Notes: generated from the letters alone by a model not told the origin. Shown: positions 29,227-40,651, numbered from the stretch's first letter. The stretch is 64,000 bases of DNA from Flavobacteriales bacterium (GCA_026993355.1 JALWTX010000015.1:28777-92776), one strand, 5' to 3'. Numbers and translations: made by a program.

Positions 29227-31614
29227 TTATCCTTGTTTGTTAAAAAATTCATCTAAAGTTATAATGTCCGGAATCAATACTTTACGGGCTTTACTTCCTT
29301 CAAACGGACCGACTATACCGGCAGCTTCCAGTTGATCGATAATGCGGCCGGCACGATTATAACCAAGTTTTAATTTACGCTGTAACAAAGAAGTAGAACC
29401 TTGTTGTGCATTTACAATAAGGTAAGCTGCTTCTTTAAAAAGCTCATCTCGATCGTCTTCATTATCAGCAAAATTTGTGCCAGCATTTTCATCATCAACT
29501 TCCGGTAGGGGAAAGGCACTGGCATAGCCACGTTGTGCACCGATGAATCCGGTTAAGTTTTCAACTTCCGGGGTATCGATAAATGCACATTGTAAACGGA
29601 CTAAATCGTTGCCGGTAGTGATAAGCATATCTCCTTTCCCAATTAGGCGTTCAGCTCCACCACTGTCTAAAATCGTCCTGGAGTCAATTTTGGAGGTCAC
29701 GGCAAAAGCAATCCGCGCCGGAAAATTGGCTTTTATCATACCGGTAATAACATTGACAGATGGACGCTGAGTGGCCACAATTAAATGGATCCCCACGGCC
29801 CGTGCCAGCTGTGCAATTCGCGCAATAGGCAACTCTATTTCCTTACCGGCAGTCATCATCAGGTCAGCAAATTCGTCAATAACCAATACAATATAAGGCA
29901 AATAACGGTGGCCATTTTCCGGATTTAAGAGCCTTTTTTTAAACTTTTCGTTGTACTCTTTAATGTTGCGGACCATGGCATCTTTGAGCAGATCATACCG
30001 GGCGTCCATTTCTTTGGTCAAAGAGTTAAGCGTTTTTACCACTTTAGACACATCGGTGATGATAGCTTCTTCTTCATCTGGAAGTTTGGCTAAAAAGTGG
30101 CGTTCTATTTTATTGTATAAAGTTAATTCAACTTTTTTGGGGTCAACCAAAACAAATTTAAGCTCGGACGGATGTTTTTTGTATAAAAGTGAGGCCAAAA
30201 TGGCATTAATCCCGACAGATTTACCCTGGCCTGTGGCACCGGCAACCAACAAGTGCGGCATTTTGGTCAAATCAAACGTAAAAGTTTCATTGGTAATGGT
30301 TTTGCCCATAGCAACCGGCAACTCCATTTCAGCTTCTTGAAATTTGCGCGATTGTAAAACAGAACGCATCGGAACAATTCTTCTTATTTTATTGGGGACT
30401 TCAATACCTATCGTGCCTTTGCCGGGCATGGGCGCAATAATGCGAATACCTAAAGCTGCCAATGACAGGGCGATATCATCTTCCAGATTTTTAATTTTTG
30501 AAATTCTCACGCCTGCTTCCGGAATGATTTCATAAAGGGTTACCGAAGGACCGACGACCACTTCTATTTTAGAAATTTTTATTTTGAAATCGAGAAGTGT
30601 TTTGACAATTTTATCTTTATTTCGTTTGAGTTCCTTTTCGTTATAAGTAATATCGGTGGCACCATAATCTTTTAATAAATCAAAGGGCGGAAATTGATAG
30701 TCAGGTAAATCCCGGCGTGGGTCAAAAGGCCCTTGTTCGCTAACTAATTGCGCTGCTTTTTGGGTAATTTCTTCTTCACCGGCAATACGTATGTTCATGC
30801 CGGTTTCTGTTGCTTCGCTGCTCGATTGATTGGGTTTTGGGGCTTTGTCATTTGAGGTTGCTTGTGTGACAGACTCTTCTTCAACCGGGTTTTTAATAAT
30901 CATCTCGTCATCTAGCTCCATAATTCCCACTTCTTGCGTGGGAATGAGTGGTTCATCGCTTGGTTGCTCAGTGGTGACAAAATCGTCTTTTATCCCGTCT
31001 TTGTGGGGTTTTTTTTTCTGTTTGTATAATGAAAAATTCAGCGATTGGACAAATTGGTGGATATGTCCGGCATCAATACTAAATTTGTAGCTGATAATGG
31101 CCATCAACCCAAAAAATAAAATTAATATACTCCCGAGTTTACCAAAAATCTGATTGGCAAAAAAAGCTATTTCTTTACCATAAAGGCCACTCCATATATA
31201 ATTAGAAGGAAATAATAAAGCGAATAAAAAAGCGCCGGTATATAAATAAATGAAGATCCAAAACCAGCGTTTTAGATGATTATAAAAAGGTTTTTTAGCG
31301 ATCAGCAATAAGCCCGAATACAAGATACCATAAGGTATGAGCAAGGCCATTAAGCCAAAACCTTTGTATATTAATAAGTGTCCCGTCAAAGCGCCTAATT
31401 TTCCAACCAAATTTTGGGCAGGTTCACCCTCAGTGCTTAACACCAAATTACTTTGGTCGGATTTCCAATTGAAGAAAAAGGAAATTAAGGCGCCAAATAG
31501 CAATAAAGCCATGAAAATAAAAACCAGGCCAACCATCAACCTGTTTCGGTCATTTAGTTGAAAATCAATCTTTTTATTTGGCTTCTTTTTCTTTTTTTGA
31601 CTTTTTTTTGCCAT
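29227..31614 (-). CDS. ftsK: DNA translocase FtsK
   Basis: N-terminal TM helices, linker, Walker A GATGQGKS, Walker B LVIDEFADL, and a C-terminal gamma winged-helix (LLQRKLKLGYNRAGRIIDQLE). Confidence 0.95.
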   Translation of the reverse strand: MAKKSQKKKKKPNKKIDFQLNDRNRLMVGLVFIFMALLLFGALISFFFNWKSDQSNLVLSTEGEPAQNLVGKLGALTGHLLIYKGFGLMALLIPYGILYSGLLLIAKKPFYNHLKRWFWIFIYLYTGAFLFALLFPSNYIWSGLYGKEIAFFANQIFGKLGSILILFFGLMAIISYKFSIDAGHIHQFVQSLNFSLYKQKKKPHKDGIKDDFVTTEQPSDEPLIPTQEVGIMELDDEMIIKNPVEEESVTQATSNDKAPKPNQSSSEATETGMNIRIAGEEEITQKAAQLVSEQGPFDPRRDLPDYQFPPFDLLKDYGATDITYNEKELKRNKDKIVKTLLDFKIKISKIEVVVGPSVTLYEIIPEAGVRISKIKNLEDDIALSLAALGIRIIAPMPGKGTIGIEVPNKIRRIVPMRSVLQSRKFQEAEMELPVAMGKTITNETFTFDLTKMPHLLVAGATGQGKSVGINAILASLLYKKHPSELKFVLVDPKKVELTLYNKIERHFLAKLPDEEEAIITDVSKVVKTLNSLTKEMDARYDLLKDAMVRNIKEYNEKFKKRLLNPENGHRYLPYIVLVIDEFADLMMTAGKEIELPIARIAQLARAVGIHLIVATQRPSVNVITGMIKANFPARIAFAVTSKIDSRTILDSGGAERLIGKGDMLITTGNDLVRLQCAFIDTPEVENLTGFIGAQRGYASAFPLPEVDDENAGTNFADNEDDRDELFKEAAYLIVNAQQGSTSLLQRKLKLGYNRAGRIIDQLEAAGIVGPFEGSKARKVLIPDIITLDEFFNKQG

Positions 31615-31800
31615 TAATTTTTACTGTTTTTATAAACTTCAAAAATCGTAATTTTAAAGCAGAATAAAAAATTTATTTTATACCTTGATACATTAATGAT
31701 AAGGCAATTTTAAAATTAATCTTTAAAAATTTTCTTTTTTCTATAATAGTTTGTATTTTCGCACACTAATGAAAAATAAAACATATAAATTTAGATAGAA

Positions 31801-33936
31801 ATGGCAATATTAGGACAAATTCAAAGAAGATCGAGTGTATTAATCATGATTATTGCATTGGCATTATTTGCCTTTATCATTCAAGGTTTAATCAAAAACT
31901 CTTCCTCTTTGGGAAAAGGAAATATCAATACCATTGCTGAAGTTGACGGTCATAAAATAGGGAGAAATGATTTTCAGAAAAAAGTAGCACTTTTACAAAA
32001 GCAAAATCCCGGTATTTCAAATATGCAAGCAATGCAATCTGTATGGAATCAAGTGATTAATGAAGCAGTTTTAAACAATCAATATGATAAATTGGGCATT
32101 CAAGTCGGTCCGGAGCGTTTGAGAGAACTCATTGTTAACAACCCTTCTATTAAGCGCGCTTTTACCAATCAACAAGGTGTTTTTGATGATAATGCTTTGG
32201 CTGATTATATAGACAATATTTATAAAGGCAAAAAGACAAATCCGGAGTTATATGCACAATGGAAAAATTTTGAAAATTCATTAATTGAGTCCGAAAAGCA
32301 AAAAATATATACAGATATGCTTAAAGCAGCTGTCAACCCTACTTTGAAGGAGGGTGAATGGTTATACCATTTTAATAATGATGCAGTGGATTTTAAATAT
32401 GCTGCTGTTCCTTATAGAACTATACCGGATTCATTGGTTAAAGTAACCAAAGATGATATTTTGGCTTATATCCAAAAACATAAAGACCAATATCAAACAG
32501 AAGAAAACAGAAGTTTGGAATATGTTTTTATTCCTTTACAACCTTCGGCACAGGATAAACAAAAAATAGAAGACGAACTGAAAGGTTTGATCAATGACAA
32601 AGAAGTTTTTGATGCCAATGCCAAAGATCAAAAAAGAATAGAAAAAGGTTTTAAAAATACCGGTGATGCCGAGGCATTTGCCAACAAATATTCAGATGTC
32701 AAACAAAAAGCCCGGTTTTTCTTTAAAAGTCAGTTGCCTAAACAATATGCCGACACCTTAATTAACTTAAACGCAGGTGATGTTTACGGTCCTTACACAT
32801 TAAACAATCAAGTTTACTTAACCAAAGCTTTAGCAACCAAGCAAATACCTGATTCTGCTAAGGCAGCTCATATTTTAATTGCTTATAAAGGCGCTTTAAG
32901 AGCCAATCCGGCTATTAAGATAGACAAAGCGGCCGCTAAGAAAAAAGCAGATAGTATTTTGAAATTAGTCCGCAAAAATCCGGCTAAATTTGCCGAATAT
33001 GCCAAAAAATTATCTGATGGCCCTTCTAAAACACGAGGCGGAGACTTGGGATGGTTTACTTATGGACAAATGGTTCCTAAGTTTAACGATTTTGTTTTTA
33101 ATGGAAAAAAAGGGCAAATTGGTATCGTTGAGACTCCTTTCGGCTATCATATTATCAAAATAAACGATATTACCAAGCCCAAAAAAGCGGTTAAATTAAT
33201 TTCCATTGTCAGAAATGTAGAACCAAGTAACGAAACTGAAAATCAAACTTTTGCTAAAGCGGCGCAATTTGCCAGTGAAGCATTAGACACTGATAATTTT
33301 GAAAAATTGGCCAAAGACAAAGGTTATGTGGCCAAGCCCGTAATGCGTATTGGCCGGTATGAAGATAACCTGCCTGGTATTGGCCGTAACCGCGAAATAG
33401 TTCGCTGGTTATACAATAAAGACCGAAAAATTGGCGATGTTTCTAAATTCGATACAGACAGAGGACACATTATAGTATATGTAACCGGTATGCAAGACAA
33501 AGGTTTAATGCCCGTTGAAGAAGCGTCTCCTTTGGTTAAGCCTATTATTTTGAAAGAAAAGAAAGCAGCCATCATCAAAGAAAAATTTAAAGGCAATACA
33601 TTAGAAGAAATGGCTAAAAATGCCCATGCCAAAGTTGGTGTTGCAAAAGGCGTTACTTTAAAAAATCCGATAATCCCGGGTTTTGGACGCGAACCGAAAG
33701 TTGTAGCTAAAGCATTTGTTTTAAAACCTAAAGAAGTCTCGAATCCGATTGATGGAAACCGTGCTGTTTATGTTATTGAAACCTTGAAAGTGGACAAAGC
33801 AGCGGATATCAAAAATTATATCCCTTATGTAGAACAACTCAAAAAACAACGTCAAGCCAGTATTGCACAAGATGTCGTAAAAGCTTTAAAAGAAAAAGCA
33901 GATATCGAAGACAATCGTGCTGTCATTTATCAATAG
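31801..33936 (+). CDS. Membrane-anchored peptidyl-prolyl isomerase/chaperone (PpiD/SurA-like)
   Basis: N-terminal TM anchor. Parvulin domain: AAHILIAYKGA...GGDLGWFTYGQMVPKFNDFVF...FGYHIIK. Confidence 0.85.
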   Translation: MAILGQIQRRSSVLIMIIALALFAFIIQGLIKNSSSLGKGNINTIAEVDGHKIGRNDFQKKVALLQKQNPGISNMQAMQSVWNQVINEAVLNNQYDKLGIQVGPERLRELIVNNPSIKRAFTNQQGVFDDNALADYIDNIYKGKKTNPELYAQWKNFENSLIESEKQKIYTDMLKAAVNPTLKEGEWLYHFNNDAVDFKYAAVPYRTIPDSLVKVTKDDILAYIQKHKDQYQTEENRSLEYVFIPLQPSAQDKQKIEDELKGLINDKEVFDANAKDQKRIEKGFKNTGDAEAFANKYSDVKQKARFFFKSQLPKQYADTLINLNAGDVYGPYTLNNQVYLTKALATKQIPDSAKAAHILIAYKGALRANPAIKIDKAAAKKKADSILKLVRKNPAKFAEYAKKLSDGPSKTRGGDLGWFTYGQMVPKFNDFVFNGKKGQIGIVETPFGYHIIKINDITKPKKAVKLISIVRNVEPSNETENQTFAKAAQFASEALDTDNFEKLAKDKGYVAKPVMRIGRYEDNLPGIGRNREIVRWLYNKDRKIGDVSKFDTDRGHIIVYVTGMQDKGLMPVEEASPLVKPIILKEKKAAIIKEKFKGNTLEEMAKNAHAKVGVAKGVTLKNPIIPGFGREPKVVAKAFVLKPKEVSNPIDGNRAVYVIETLKVDKAADIKNYIPYVEQLKKQRQASIAQDVVKALKEKADIEDNRAVIYQ

Positions 33937-33957
33937 ATTTTATAACCTCTCATTTAA

Positions 33958-33988
33958 GCCTTTGCTCTTGCAAGGGCTTTTTTGTTTT
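33958..33988 (+). terminator. Intrinsic terminator after the ppiD-like gene
   Basis: Stem GCCTTTGC / GCAAGGGC with loop TCTT, followed by a T-run. Confidence 0.75.
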
Positions 33989-34045
33989 ATTAAAGAATTC
34001 AGGAAATAAAATGCTTTAAGACTTAATTGAATTTAAAAAATACTT

Positions 34046-34053
34046 TAAATTTG
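34046..34053 (+). promoter_or_regulatory. -7 promoter box TAAATTTG upstream of pgk
   Basis: Exact TAnnTTTG ending 43 nt upstream of ATG 34097. Confidence 0.5.
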
Positions 34054-34096
34054 TTGATTGATTAAAATAGAAAATTATTTCATTAAACTATAAAAC

Positions 34097-35290
34097 ATGA
34101 AAACACTTAACGATATAAATTTCAAAGGAAAAAAAGCTTTGGTTCGTGTAGATTTTAATGTCCCCTTAGACAAGGATTTTAAGGTGACGGATAATACACG
34201 TATTTTAGCTGCAAAACCTACAATTGACAAAATATTAATGGATGGCGGCAGTGTTATTTTAATGTCACATTTGGGGCGACCAAAAGCCAAAGAAGATAAG
34301 TATTCTTTGCGTCATATTTTACCCGAACTCGAGAAAGTCTTAGGCCAAAAAATTAAATTTGTGCCCGATAGTATTGGTAAGGAAGTGGAAGAAACGGTTA
34401 AAAATTTAAAACCGGGAGAAATCCTTTTATTAGAAAATCTGCGTTTTTATCCCGAAGAGAAAAAAGGGGATAAGGACTTTGCGAAAGCATTGGCTGATTT
34501 AGGGGCAGATTATTATATCAATGATGCATTTGGCACAGCACATAGAGCGCATGCATCAACCGCTGTAATTGCGCAATACTTTGACAAAGATCATAAGGCT
34601 GCCGGAAAATTGCTTGAAAAAGAAGTCACCAGCATTCAAAAAGCTCTGGATAAAGGGCAAAAACCGGTAACAGCCATAATTGGTGGAGCCAAAGTTTCGA
34701 GCAAAATCGGTGTAATTGAAAATTTGTTAAACAAGGTCGATAATTTAATTATTGTTGGTGGTATGGCTTATACCTTTTTAAAGGCCTTGGGCAATAAAAT
34801 AGGCGATTCAATCGTTGAGGATGATAAAATAGATTTGGCCAAAAAAATATTAGCCGAAGCAAAAGCCAAAGGAGTGAATGTTATTTTGCCGGTCGATTTG
34901 GTTATAGCCGATCGTTTTAGTAATGAAGCTCATACCAAAGTCGTGAGTGCCGACAATATTCCTGATGGCTGGCAAGGCTTGGATATAGGCCCAAAAACCC
35001 GTGAATTAATCGATGATTTAATTCAAAATAGCAAAACCATTATATGGAATGGACCTGCCGGTGTTTTCGAATTTGCCAAATTTGCCAAAGGTACCGAAAG
35101 TATAGGTTTGTCCATTGGTAAGGCTTCTGAAAAAGGTGCCTATTCTTTGGTTGGTGGTGGTGATTCAGTGGCTGCTGTCAAAAAATTAGGTCTGACAGAT
35201 AAAATAAGTTATATCTCAACCGGTGGCGGTGCTTTATTAGAAATGTTGGAAGGAAAAAAATTACCCGGAATTGCTGCCTTAACTGAATAA
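34097..35290 (+). CDS. pgk: Phosphoglycerate kinase
   Basis: RVDFNVP N-terminal signature. 397 aa with conserved C-terminal STGGGA. Confidence 0.95.
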   Translation: MKTLNDINFKGKKALVRVDFNVPLDKDFKVTDNTRILAAKPTIDKILMDGGSVILMSHLGRPKAKEDKYSLRHILPELEKVLGQKIKFVPDSIGKEVEETVKNLKPGEILLLENLRFYPEEKKGDKDFAKALADLGADYYINDAFGTAHRAHASTAVIAQYFDKDHKAAGKLLEKEVTSIQKALDKGQKPVTAIIGGAKVSSKIGVIENLLNKVDNLIIVGGMAYTFLKALGNKIGDSIVEDDKIDLAKKILAEAKAKGVNVILPVDLVIADRFSNEAHTKVVSADNIPDGWQGLDIGPKTRELIDDLIQNSKTIIWNGPAGVFEFAKFAKGTESIGLSIGKASEKGAYSLVGGGDSVAAVKKLGLTDKISYISTGGGALLEMLEGKKLPGIAALTE

Positions 35291-35296
35291 GAATAT

Positions 35297-36898
35297 ATGA
35301 GAAAATACAGTGCAAGCATTTACTTGCTTTTTAGTTTTTTATGGATAAGTCAAACGATTTTTGCTCAAGACAATCGTGATAGTTTATCTTTGCAAAAATT
35401 GCATGTGCAAAAGGTGGATTCTATTACGGGAACCGCAAATTCTAATTTACTTCAGACGGCTATTGACACAGCTGGTTTGACGATCGATAATGTGGTTTTG
35501 AAGGACCTACCCGAGCTTAAAAGGATGGATAGTGTTTGGTATAAAGCCTTGTATCAACCGGCTTTATTTGACAGTATTCAAAATTTTACCGATACCTTAG
35601 CTCAAAACCAATTACCGGATGTGCATTTGGATACTGTTGATTTAAAAAAGAAAATAGCGCTTTTAAATCAACAGACTCAATTAAACATAGTTTATCATCC
35701 GGCTTTGATCCGTACCATTCAAGCTTTTTTAAAACATCGTAAAAAAAGTTTAGGACGCTTGTTTGGTATTGCCCACTATTATTTCCCGATTTTTGAGGAA
35801 AAATTAGCCAAATATAAAATTCCTTTAGAAATGAAATATTTGGCCATTGTAGAGTCTGCTCTTAATCCACGTGCCATTTCGCGGGCCGGTGCCGGTGGTT
35901 TATGGCAATTTATGTATTCAACCGGTAAGCTTTATGGTTTAGAAATCAATTCATATGTCGATGAACGGTTTGATCCCATACAAGAAACGGAAGCAGCTTG
36001 TAAGCATATGCAAGATTTGTATAAAATTTTTCATGACTGGAATTTAGTATTGGCAGCTTACAACTCTGGTGCCGGTAATGTTACCAAGGCTATTCGCCGG
36101 TCGGGCGGCCACAAAAATTATTGGAATATAAGACCTTATTTGCCCCGTGAAACAGCCGGGTATGTGCCTCTTTTTCAAGCAACGTGGTTTTTGGGTGCTT
36201 ATGCTAAAGCATACGGGATAGAGCCGCAAAAATTTGATTATCAATATATTGTGACGGATACGGTACAAGTTAAACATAACATTACTTTTAATCAAATTTC
36301 GCGTTTATTAAAAATAGATGAAAAAGAATTAGCTTTTTTAAACCCTCAGTATAAGCTGAATATTGTTCCTTATGTAAAAGGAAAACATTACAGTTTAAAA
36401 TTACCGGCTGATTTAGTTGGTGTCTTTGTCAGCAATGAGAAATTGATTTATGCATTGGTCGAGAAAGAGTTGAATAAAAAGGAAAAACCTTTGCCTAAAT
36501 TTTATAAATTAAATAATTATTTGGTCTATCGAGTCAGATCGGGTGATTATTTAGGGCGAATTGCGCAAAAATTTCATACGACTGTACGTCGCATCAAGAG
36601 AATGAACGGTTTGCGGTCTAATAATTTACATATCGGTCAAAAATTAAAAATTTATTCGCGTTTTCCGGTTGCTCAAAGTTTTAGTCGTAAAAAACGACAT
36701 GTATCTACTGCAAAAAAACACAAAACCGGCGTGCCTCGACATGCTAAAGTTGTGACTTATCAAGTGAAAAATGGGGATACGTTGTGGAATATATCCCGGA
36801 GATATAAGGTTAGTTTAGAGCAAATTTTAAAATGGAATAAATTAACCTACAATACAAAATTAAAACCCGGTATGACATTAAAAATAATTAAATCATAA
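35297..36898 (+). CDS. Lytic transglycosylase (SLT domain) with two LysM domains, MltD-like
   Basis: SLT catalytic region LAIVESALNPRAISRAGAGGLWQFM. LysM repeats YRVRSGDYLGRIAQKF and YQVKNGDTLWNISRRY. Confidence 0.85.
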   Translation: MRKYSASIYLLFSFLWISQTIFAQDNRDSLSLQKLHVQKVDSITGTANSNLLQTAIDTAGLTIDNVVLKDLPELKRMDSVWYKALYQPALFDSIQNFTDTLAQNQLPDVHLDTVDLKKKIALLNQQTQLNIVYHPALIRTIQAFLKHRKKSLGRLFGIAHYYFPIFEEKLAKYKIPLEMKYLAIVESALNPRAISRAGAGGLWQFMYSTGKLYGLEINSYVDERFDPIQETEAACKHMQDLYKIFHDWNLVLAAYNSGAGNVTKAIRRSGGHKNYWNIRPYLPRETAGYVPLFQATWFLGAYAKAYGIEPQKFDYQYIVTDTVQVKHNITFNQISRLLKIDEKELAFLNPQYKLNIVPYVKGKHYSLKLPADLVGVFVSNEKLIYALVEKELNKKEKPLPKFYKLNNYLVYRVRSGDYLGRIAQKFHTTVRRIKRMNGLRSNNLHIGQKLKIYSRFPVAQSFSRKKRHVSTAKKHKTGVPRHAKVVTYQVKNGDTLWNISRRYKVSLEQILKWNKLTYNTKLKPGMTLKIIKS

Positions 36899-36964
36899 TA
36901 AATACTGACTTATTGGCATTTTTTCCGGCAGGAATAATTTTTGCACAAGAAAAAAATAAAAACT

Positions 36965-37936
36965 ATGAAAAAATTATTTATATCTATTTTTATTTTGGGC
37001 TTTCTTATGGTTTCCTGTAAAGGAAATGGTAAGAAAACTTTGCCTGAATCAACCGGAAAAACGCATAATATTTTGGTCATTATGAAAGATAATGAATGGA
37101 AAGGAGAGGTAGGCGATAGTATTCGTAAATATTTTGCGGTTGAGTACAATGACTTGCCCCAAGCAGAACCTTTATTTACTTTACATCAAGCCGCGCCGCA
37201 ACTTTTTTCTGATATTTACAAAATATACCGTGATGTTATTATTGTGGAAAAGGGTGACAAACCGGGTATTCACTTTTATAAAGATCAATTTGCACGACCG
37301 CAGTTGATAGCCAAAATAACAGGTCGTAATGAAGAAGAAATTAAAAAACTAATTCATGACCATGCGAAGGAAATAATTGCCCGTTTTAGAGCATTTGAAA
37401 TCAAAAATTTGCAACAACGACACCGTCAAGCCCTACGGGATAATTCTGATATTGAGAAAGAATTGGGTATTAGTATCGAAATTCCCGACTTTTTCAGGGT
37501 GGTCGATCATCAAAAAAACTTTTTTTGGTTGAGACGTGATTTAAAAAATGGGGAAGAAGATATTTTACTTTATAGTGTACCCATTAAAGATTCTCTGGAT
37601 TTAAAAGGAAACCGGGTTTTATTCTACCGTGATTCAATTGGAAAAAAATATATTCCCGGCCCTTTAGATAGTACTTATATGCGCTCTGAAAGTAATTTGT
37701 CACCATCACAAATTATGACCGAAATAAACGGACATAAAGCTATTGAGACCAGAGGTTTATGGAATATGAAAAACGATTTTATGGGTGGCCCTTACATCAA
37801 TTACAGTATCATTGATAAAAAGCACAAACGAATGATTGTTGGCGAAGGCTTTATTTATGCGCCGGCCATTGACAAACGCAACTATATTATACAATTGGAA
37901 GCTATTTTGAAAACCATTAAATTGTTAGATAAATAA
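36965..37936 (+). CDS. Lipoprotein of unknown function (possibly DUF4837 family)
   Basis: Lipobox MKKLFISIFILGFLMVSC. The family name is from memory only. An alternative upstream ATG lies at 36941. Confidence 0.5.
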   Translation: MKKLFISIFILGFLMVSCKGNGKKTLPESTGKTHNILVIMKDNEWKGEVGDSIRKYFAVEYNDLPQAEPLFTLHQAAPQLFSDIYKIYRDVIIVEKGDKPGIHFYKDQFARPQLIAKITGRNEEEIKKLIHDHAKEIIARFRAFEIKNLQQRHRQALRDNSDIEKELGISIEIPDFFRVVDHQKNFFWLRRDLKNGEEDILLYSVPIKDSLDLKGNRVLFYRDSIGKKYIPGPLDSTYMRSESNLSPSQIMTEINGHKAIETRGLWNMKNDFMGGPYINYSIIDKKHKRMIVGEGFIYAPAIDKRNYIIQLEAILKTIKLLDK

Positions 37937-37984
37937 TCATAAGAATTTTTATTTGGAATGCTAGCCAGTTAAACACCGGCTTTT

Positions 37985-38314
37985 TCATTTTAATTTGTAG
38001 TTATTTTGATGCCGTTGATGGTCTCTTTCGGTGCGTTTTTTCATTTTCTTTTCCCAAGCAGCTTGCAAATCTGTACCGGTTTGGTTGGCAATGGCGGTTA
38101 AAACAAAAAGAACATCAGCTAGCTCTTCGCCCAAATCTTTACCTTTATCGCTTTCTTTTTCAGATTGCTCACCATAGCGCCGGGCCATTATCCGTGCTAC
38201 TTCGCCAACTTCTTCGGTAAGGATAGCCATATTGGTCAATTCATTAAAGTAACGGACACCATGTTGTTTTATCCATTCATCGACCTGTTGTTGCAGTTGC
38301 ATAATTGCTTTCAT
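37985..38314 (-). CDS. MazG-like nucleotide pyrophosphohydrolase (small all-alpha type)
   Basis: EEVGEVARI and EELADVLFVL (EXXE motifs). I chose the start at Met17 (38314); Met21 (38302) is also possible. Either avoids the overlap with anmK that the ORF-track start 38362 creates. Confidence 0.8.
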   Translation of the reverse strand: MKAIMQLQQQVDEWIKQHGVRYFNELTNMAILTEEVGEVARIMARRYGEQSEKESDKGKDLGEELADVLFVLTAIANQTGTDLQAAWEKKMKKRTERDHQRHQNNYKLK

Positions 38315-38330
38315 ATATTGAATTTTATTA

Positions 38331-39404
38331 TCAAATATTTTTATAATCAAAAATAACCCCACTACTATGATCTTGTTTACAGCCTGTTACACTGGCTAAA
38401 ATATTTACTTGCCCCATATCCTTTAATAAGCCCAATAGGGCAAAAATCAAAGCTTCTTTATAGTCTATAAGCATTGGATCTGGGATTATAACTTTGCCTG
38501 AAGTATGGGCCTTTATCCGTTTTATAAGATAATCATTAAAAGCCCCTCCACCGGTAATCAATATTTTTCCGTTATGAGTATGTCGTCCTATTTGTGTGGC
38601 AATATGTTCGACATAGGTTTTTAAAATATCAGCAAGTTTAAGTGCTTGCCGGTCAATAAGTGGTATAATTTTGTTGACGACCATTTCCCATCCAAAAGAT
38701 TTTGGTTGATTTTCTTCGTATTCGGGTAATTCATTCAATTTCCGAAGTAATTTTAAATCAATTTTACCTGTGGCAGCCATCTGTCCTTTGTTGTCATAGT
38801 TTAAACCTATTTTATTAATGTAATGATTTAATACGATATTGGCCGGACAGATATCAAAGGCCAATCTCTGCCTGTCTTTTTCAAAAGAAATATTGGCAAA
38901 TCCGCCGATGTTTATACAGTCATCATATGTGCTAAATAAGAGCCGGTCGCCGATGGGTACCAAAGGGGCTCCTTGTCCGCCTAAGGCAACATCTTGACGT
39001 CTGAAATCACAAATGGTTTTAATGCCGGTTATGGCATTGATATGCGCCCCACTGCCTATTTGCGTTGTATAGCCTAATTCCGGACGATGAAAAACAGTTT
39101 GACCGTGAGAGGCAATTAAATCTACTTTCTCAATTTTGTGACGCTTCATAAAAGCGTTTACTTGGTTCCCCAAAAACTGACCGTAAGCCGCATCTAAATA
39201 CATTAATTGGTCAGCCGACATTTTAAATGACGCCTTTAACTGGTCAAACCAATATTTAGAATATGGGATGGTTTCGCCTTTAATTATTGTAAAATCAGAA
39301 AGGTTTTCTGTATTAAACTTGACATAAGCCATATCTAAACCATCTAAAGATGTTCCACTCATTAAACCAATGACATATTTTTCCATATACGACCATTTTA
39401 TCAT
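38331..39404 (-). CDS. anmK: Anhydro-N-acetylmuramic acid kinase
   Basis: N-terminal GLMSGTSLDGLD and an ASKHA-fold pattern. The true start may be Met7 (39386). Confidence 0.9.
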   Translation of the reverse strand: MIKWSYMEKYVIGLMSGTSLDGLDMAYVKFNTENLSDFTIIKGETIPYSKYWFDQLKASFKMSADQLMYLDAAYGQFLGNQVNAFMKRHKIEKVDLIASHGQTVFHRPELGYTTQIGSGAHINAITGIKTICDFRRQDVALGGQGAPLVPIGDRLLFSTYDDCINIGGFANISFEKDRQRLAFDICPANIVLNHYINKIGLNYDNKGQMAATGKIDLKLLRKLNELPEYEENQPKSFGWEMVVNKIIPLIDRQALKLADILKTYVEHIATQIGRHTHNGKILITGGGAFNDYLIKRIKAHTSGKVIIPDPMLIDYKEALIFALLGLLKDMGQVNILASVTGCKQDHSSGVIFDYKNI

Positions 39405-39439
39405 GGCTAAGATACAGTTAAAAAATCATTTTTTTTTTC

Positions 39440-39447
39440 TAAATTTG
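39440..39447 (+). promoter_or_regulatory. -7 promoter box TAAATTTG upstream of the acyl-CoA dehydrogenase gene
   Basis: Exact TAnnTTTG ending 26 nt upstream of ATG 39474. Confidence 0.5.
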
Positions 39448-39473
39448 AGCAACTTAATAAAAATTATACTTAT

Positions 39474-40625
39474 ATGGATTTTTCACTTAGCGAAGAACAA
39501 TTAATGATAAAAGAAGCCGCCAAAGATTTTGCCAATTTAGAATTGCTACCAGGCGTTATAGAGCGTGATGAAAAGCAATATTTTCCGCCAGAACTACGAA
39601 AAAAAATGGCCGAAATGGGATTTATGGGCATAATGGTTGATCCAAAATACGGCGGTAGTGGTATGGATACTATTTCGTATGTCAATATTATGGAAGAATT
39701 ATCTAAAGTAGATGCATCTGCCGGTGTAATTGTCAGTGTAAATAACTCATTAGTGACTTGGGGTTTGGAGCATTATGGAACAGAAGAACAAAAACAAAAA
39801 TATTTGATCCCCTTAGCAACAGGCGAAAAATTAGGGGCATTTGCTTTGAGTGAGCCTGAAGCAGGAAGTGATGCGACACACCAAAGAACAACAGCCAAAG
39901 ATATGGGCGATTATTATTTATTAAATGGTGTTAAAAACTGGATTACTAATGGTGGAACAGCCGATACTTATTTAGTGATTGCACATACACATCCGGAAAA
40001 AGGACACCATGGTATCAATGCTTTTATTGTTGAGAAAGGTTGGGAAGGTTTTAGCATTGGCCCAAAAGAAAATAAAATGGGGATCAGAGCATCAGACACC
40101 CACTCTTTAATTTTTCAAGATGTCAAAGTGCCGAAAGAAAATCGTATTGGTCCTGATGGTTTTGGTTTTAAATTTGCCATGAAAACTTTATCGGGTGGCC
40201 GCATTGGTATTGCTGCTCAAGCCTTGGGCATTGCACAAGGCGCTTACGAACGTGCTTTGCAATATTCTAAAGAACGTGAAGCTTTCGGCAAGCCAATTTC
40301 TCATCATCAAGCCATTGCTTTTAAATTAGCTAAAATGAAAACCGAAATTGATGCAGCCCGTCATTTGATTATGAAAGCTGCTTGGGATAAAGATCAAGGA
40401 AACAGCTATGATTTAAGCGGGGCTATGGCCAAATATTATGCGGCTGAAATGGCCATGCGTGTTACCACAGAAGCGGTCCAAATACATGGCGGTTATGGTT
40501 ATGTAAAAGAGTATCATGTTGAACGGATGATGCGCGATGCGAAAATAACGCAGATATATGAAGGAACATCAGAAATCCAACAAATTGTTATTTCCCGTGC
40601 CATATTAAACGAAAAGATAAGATAA
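39474..40625 (+). CDS. Acyl-CoA dehydrogenase (short-chain/butyryl-CoA type)
   Basis: ACAD signatures ALSEPEAGSD and QIHGGYGY..., with the catalytic Glu in IYEGTSEIQ. Confidence 0.95.
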   Translation: MDFSLSEEQLMIKEAAKDFANLELLPGVIERDEKQYFPPELRKKMAEMGFMGIMVDPKYGGSGMDTISYVNIMEELSKVDASAGVIVSVNNSLVTWGLEHYGTEEQKQKYLIPLATGEKLGAFALSEPEAGSDATHQRTTAKDMGDYYLLNGVKNWITNGGTADTYLVIAHTHPEKGHHGINAFIVEKGWEGFSIGPKENKMGIRASDTHSLIFQDVKVPKENRIGPDGFGFKFAMKTLSGGRIGIAAQALGIAQGAYERALQYSKEREAFGKPISHHQAIAFKLAKMKTEIDAARHLIMKAAWDKDQGNSYDLSGAMAKYYAAEMAMRVTTEAVQIHGGYGYVKEYHVERMMRDAKITQIYEGTSEIQQIVISRAILNEKIR

Positions 40626-40651
40626 GTAAATAATATACTTCGTTACCTGTT

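Noticed and set aside
37937-37984. A possible terminator hairpin between the DUF4837-like gene and mazG (AGCC...GGCT followed by TTTTT).
   Set aside because: The stem is only 4 bp with a 10-nt loop, which is too weak to call.
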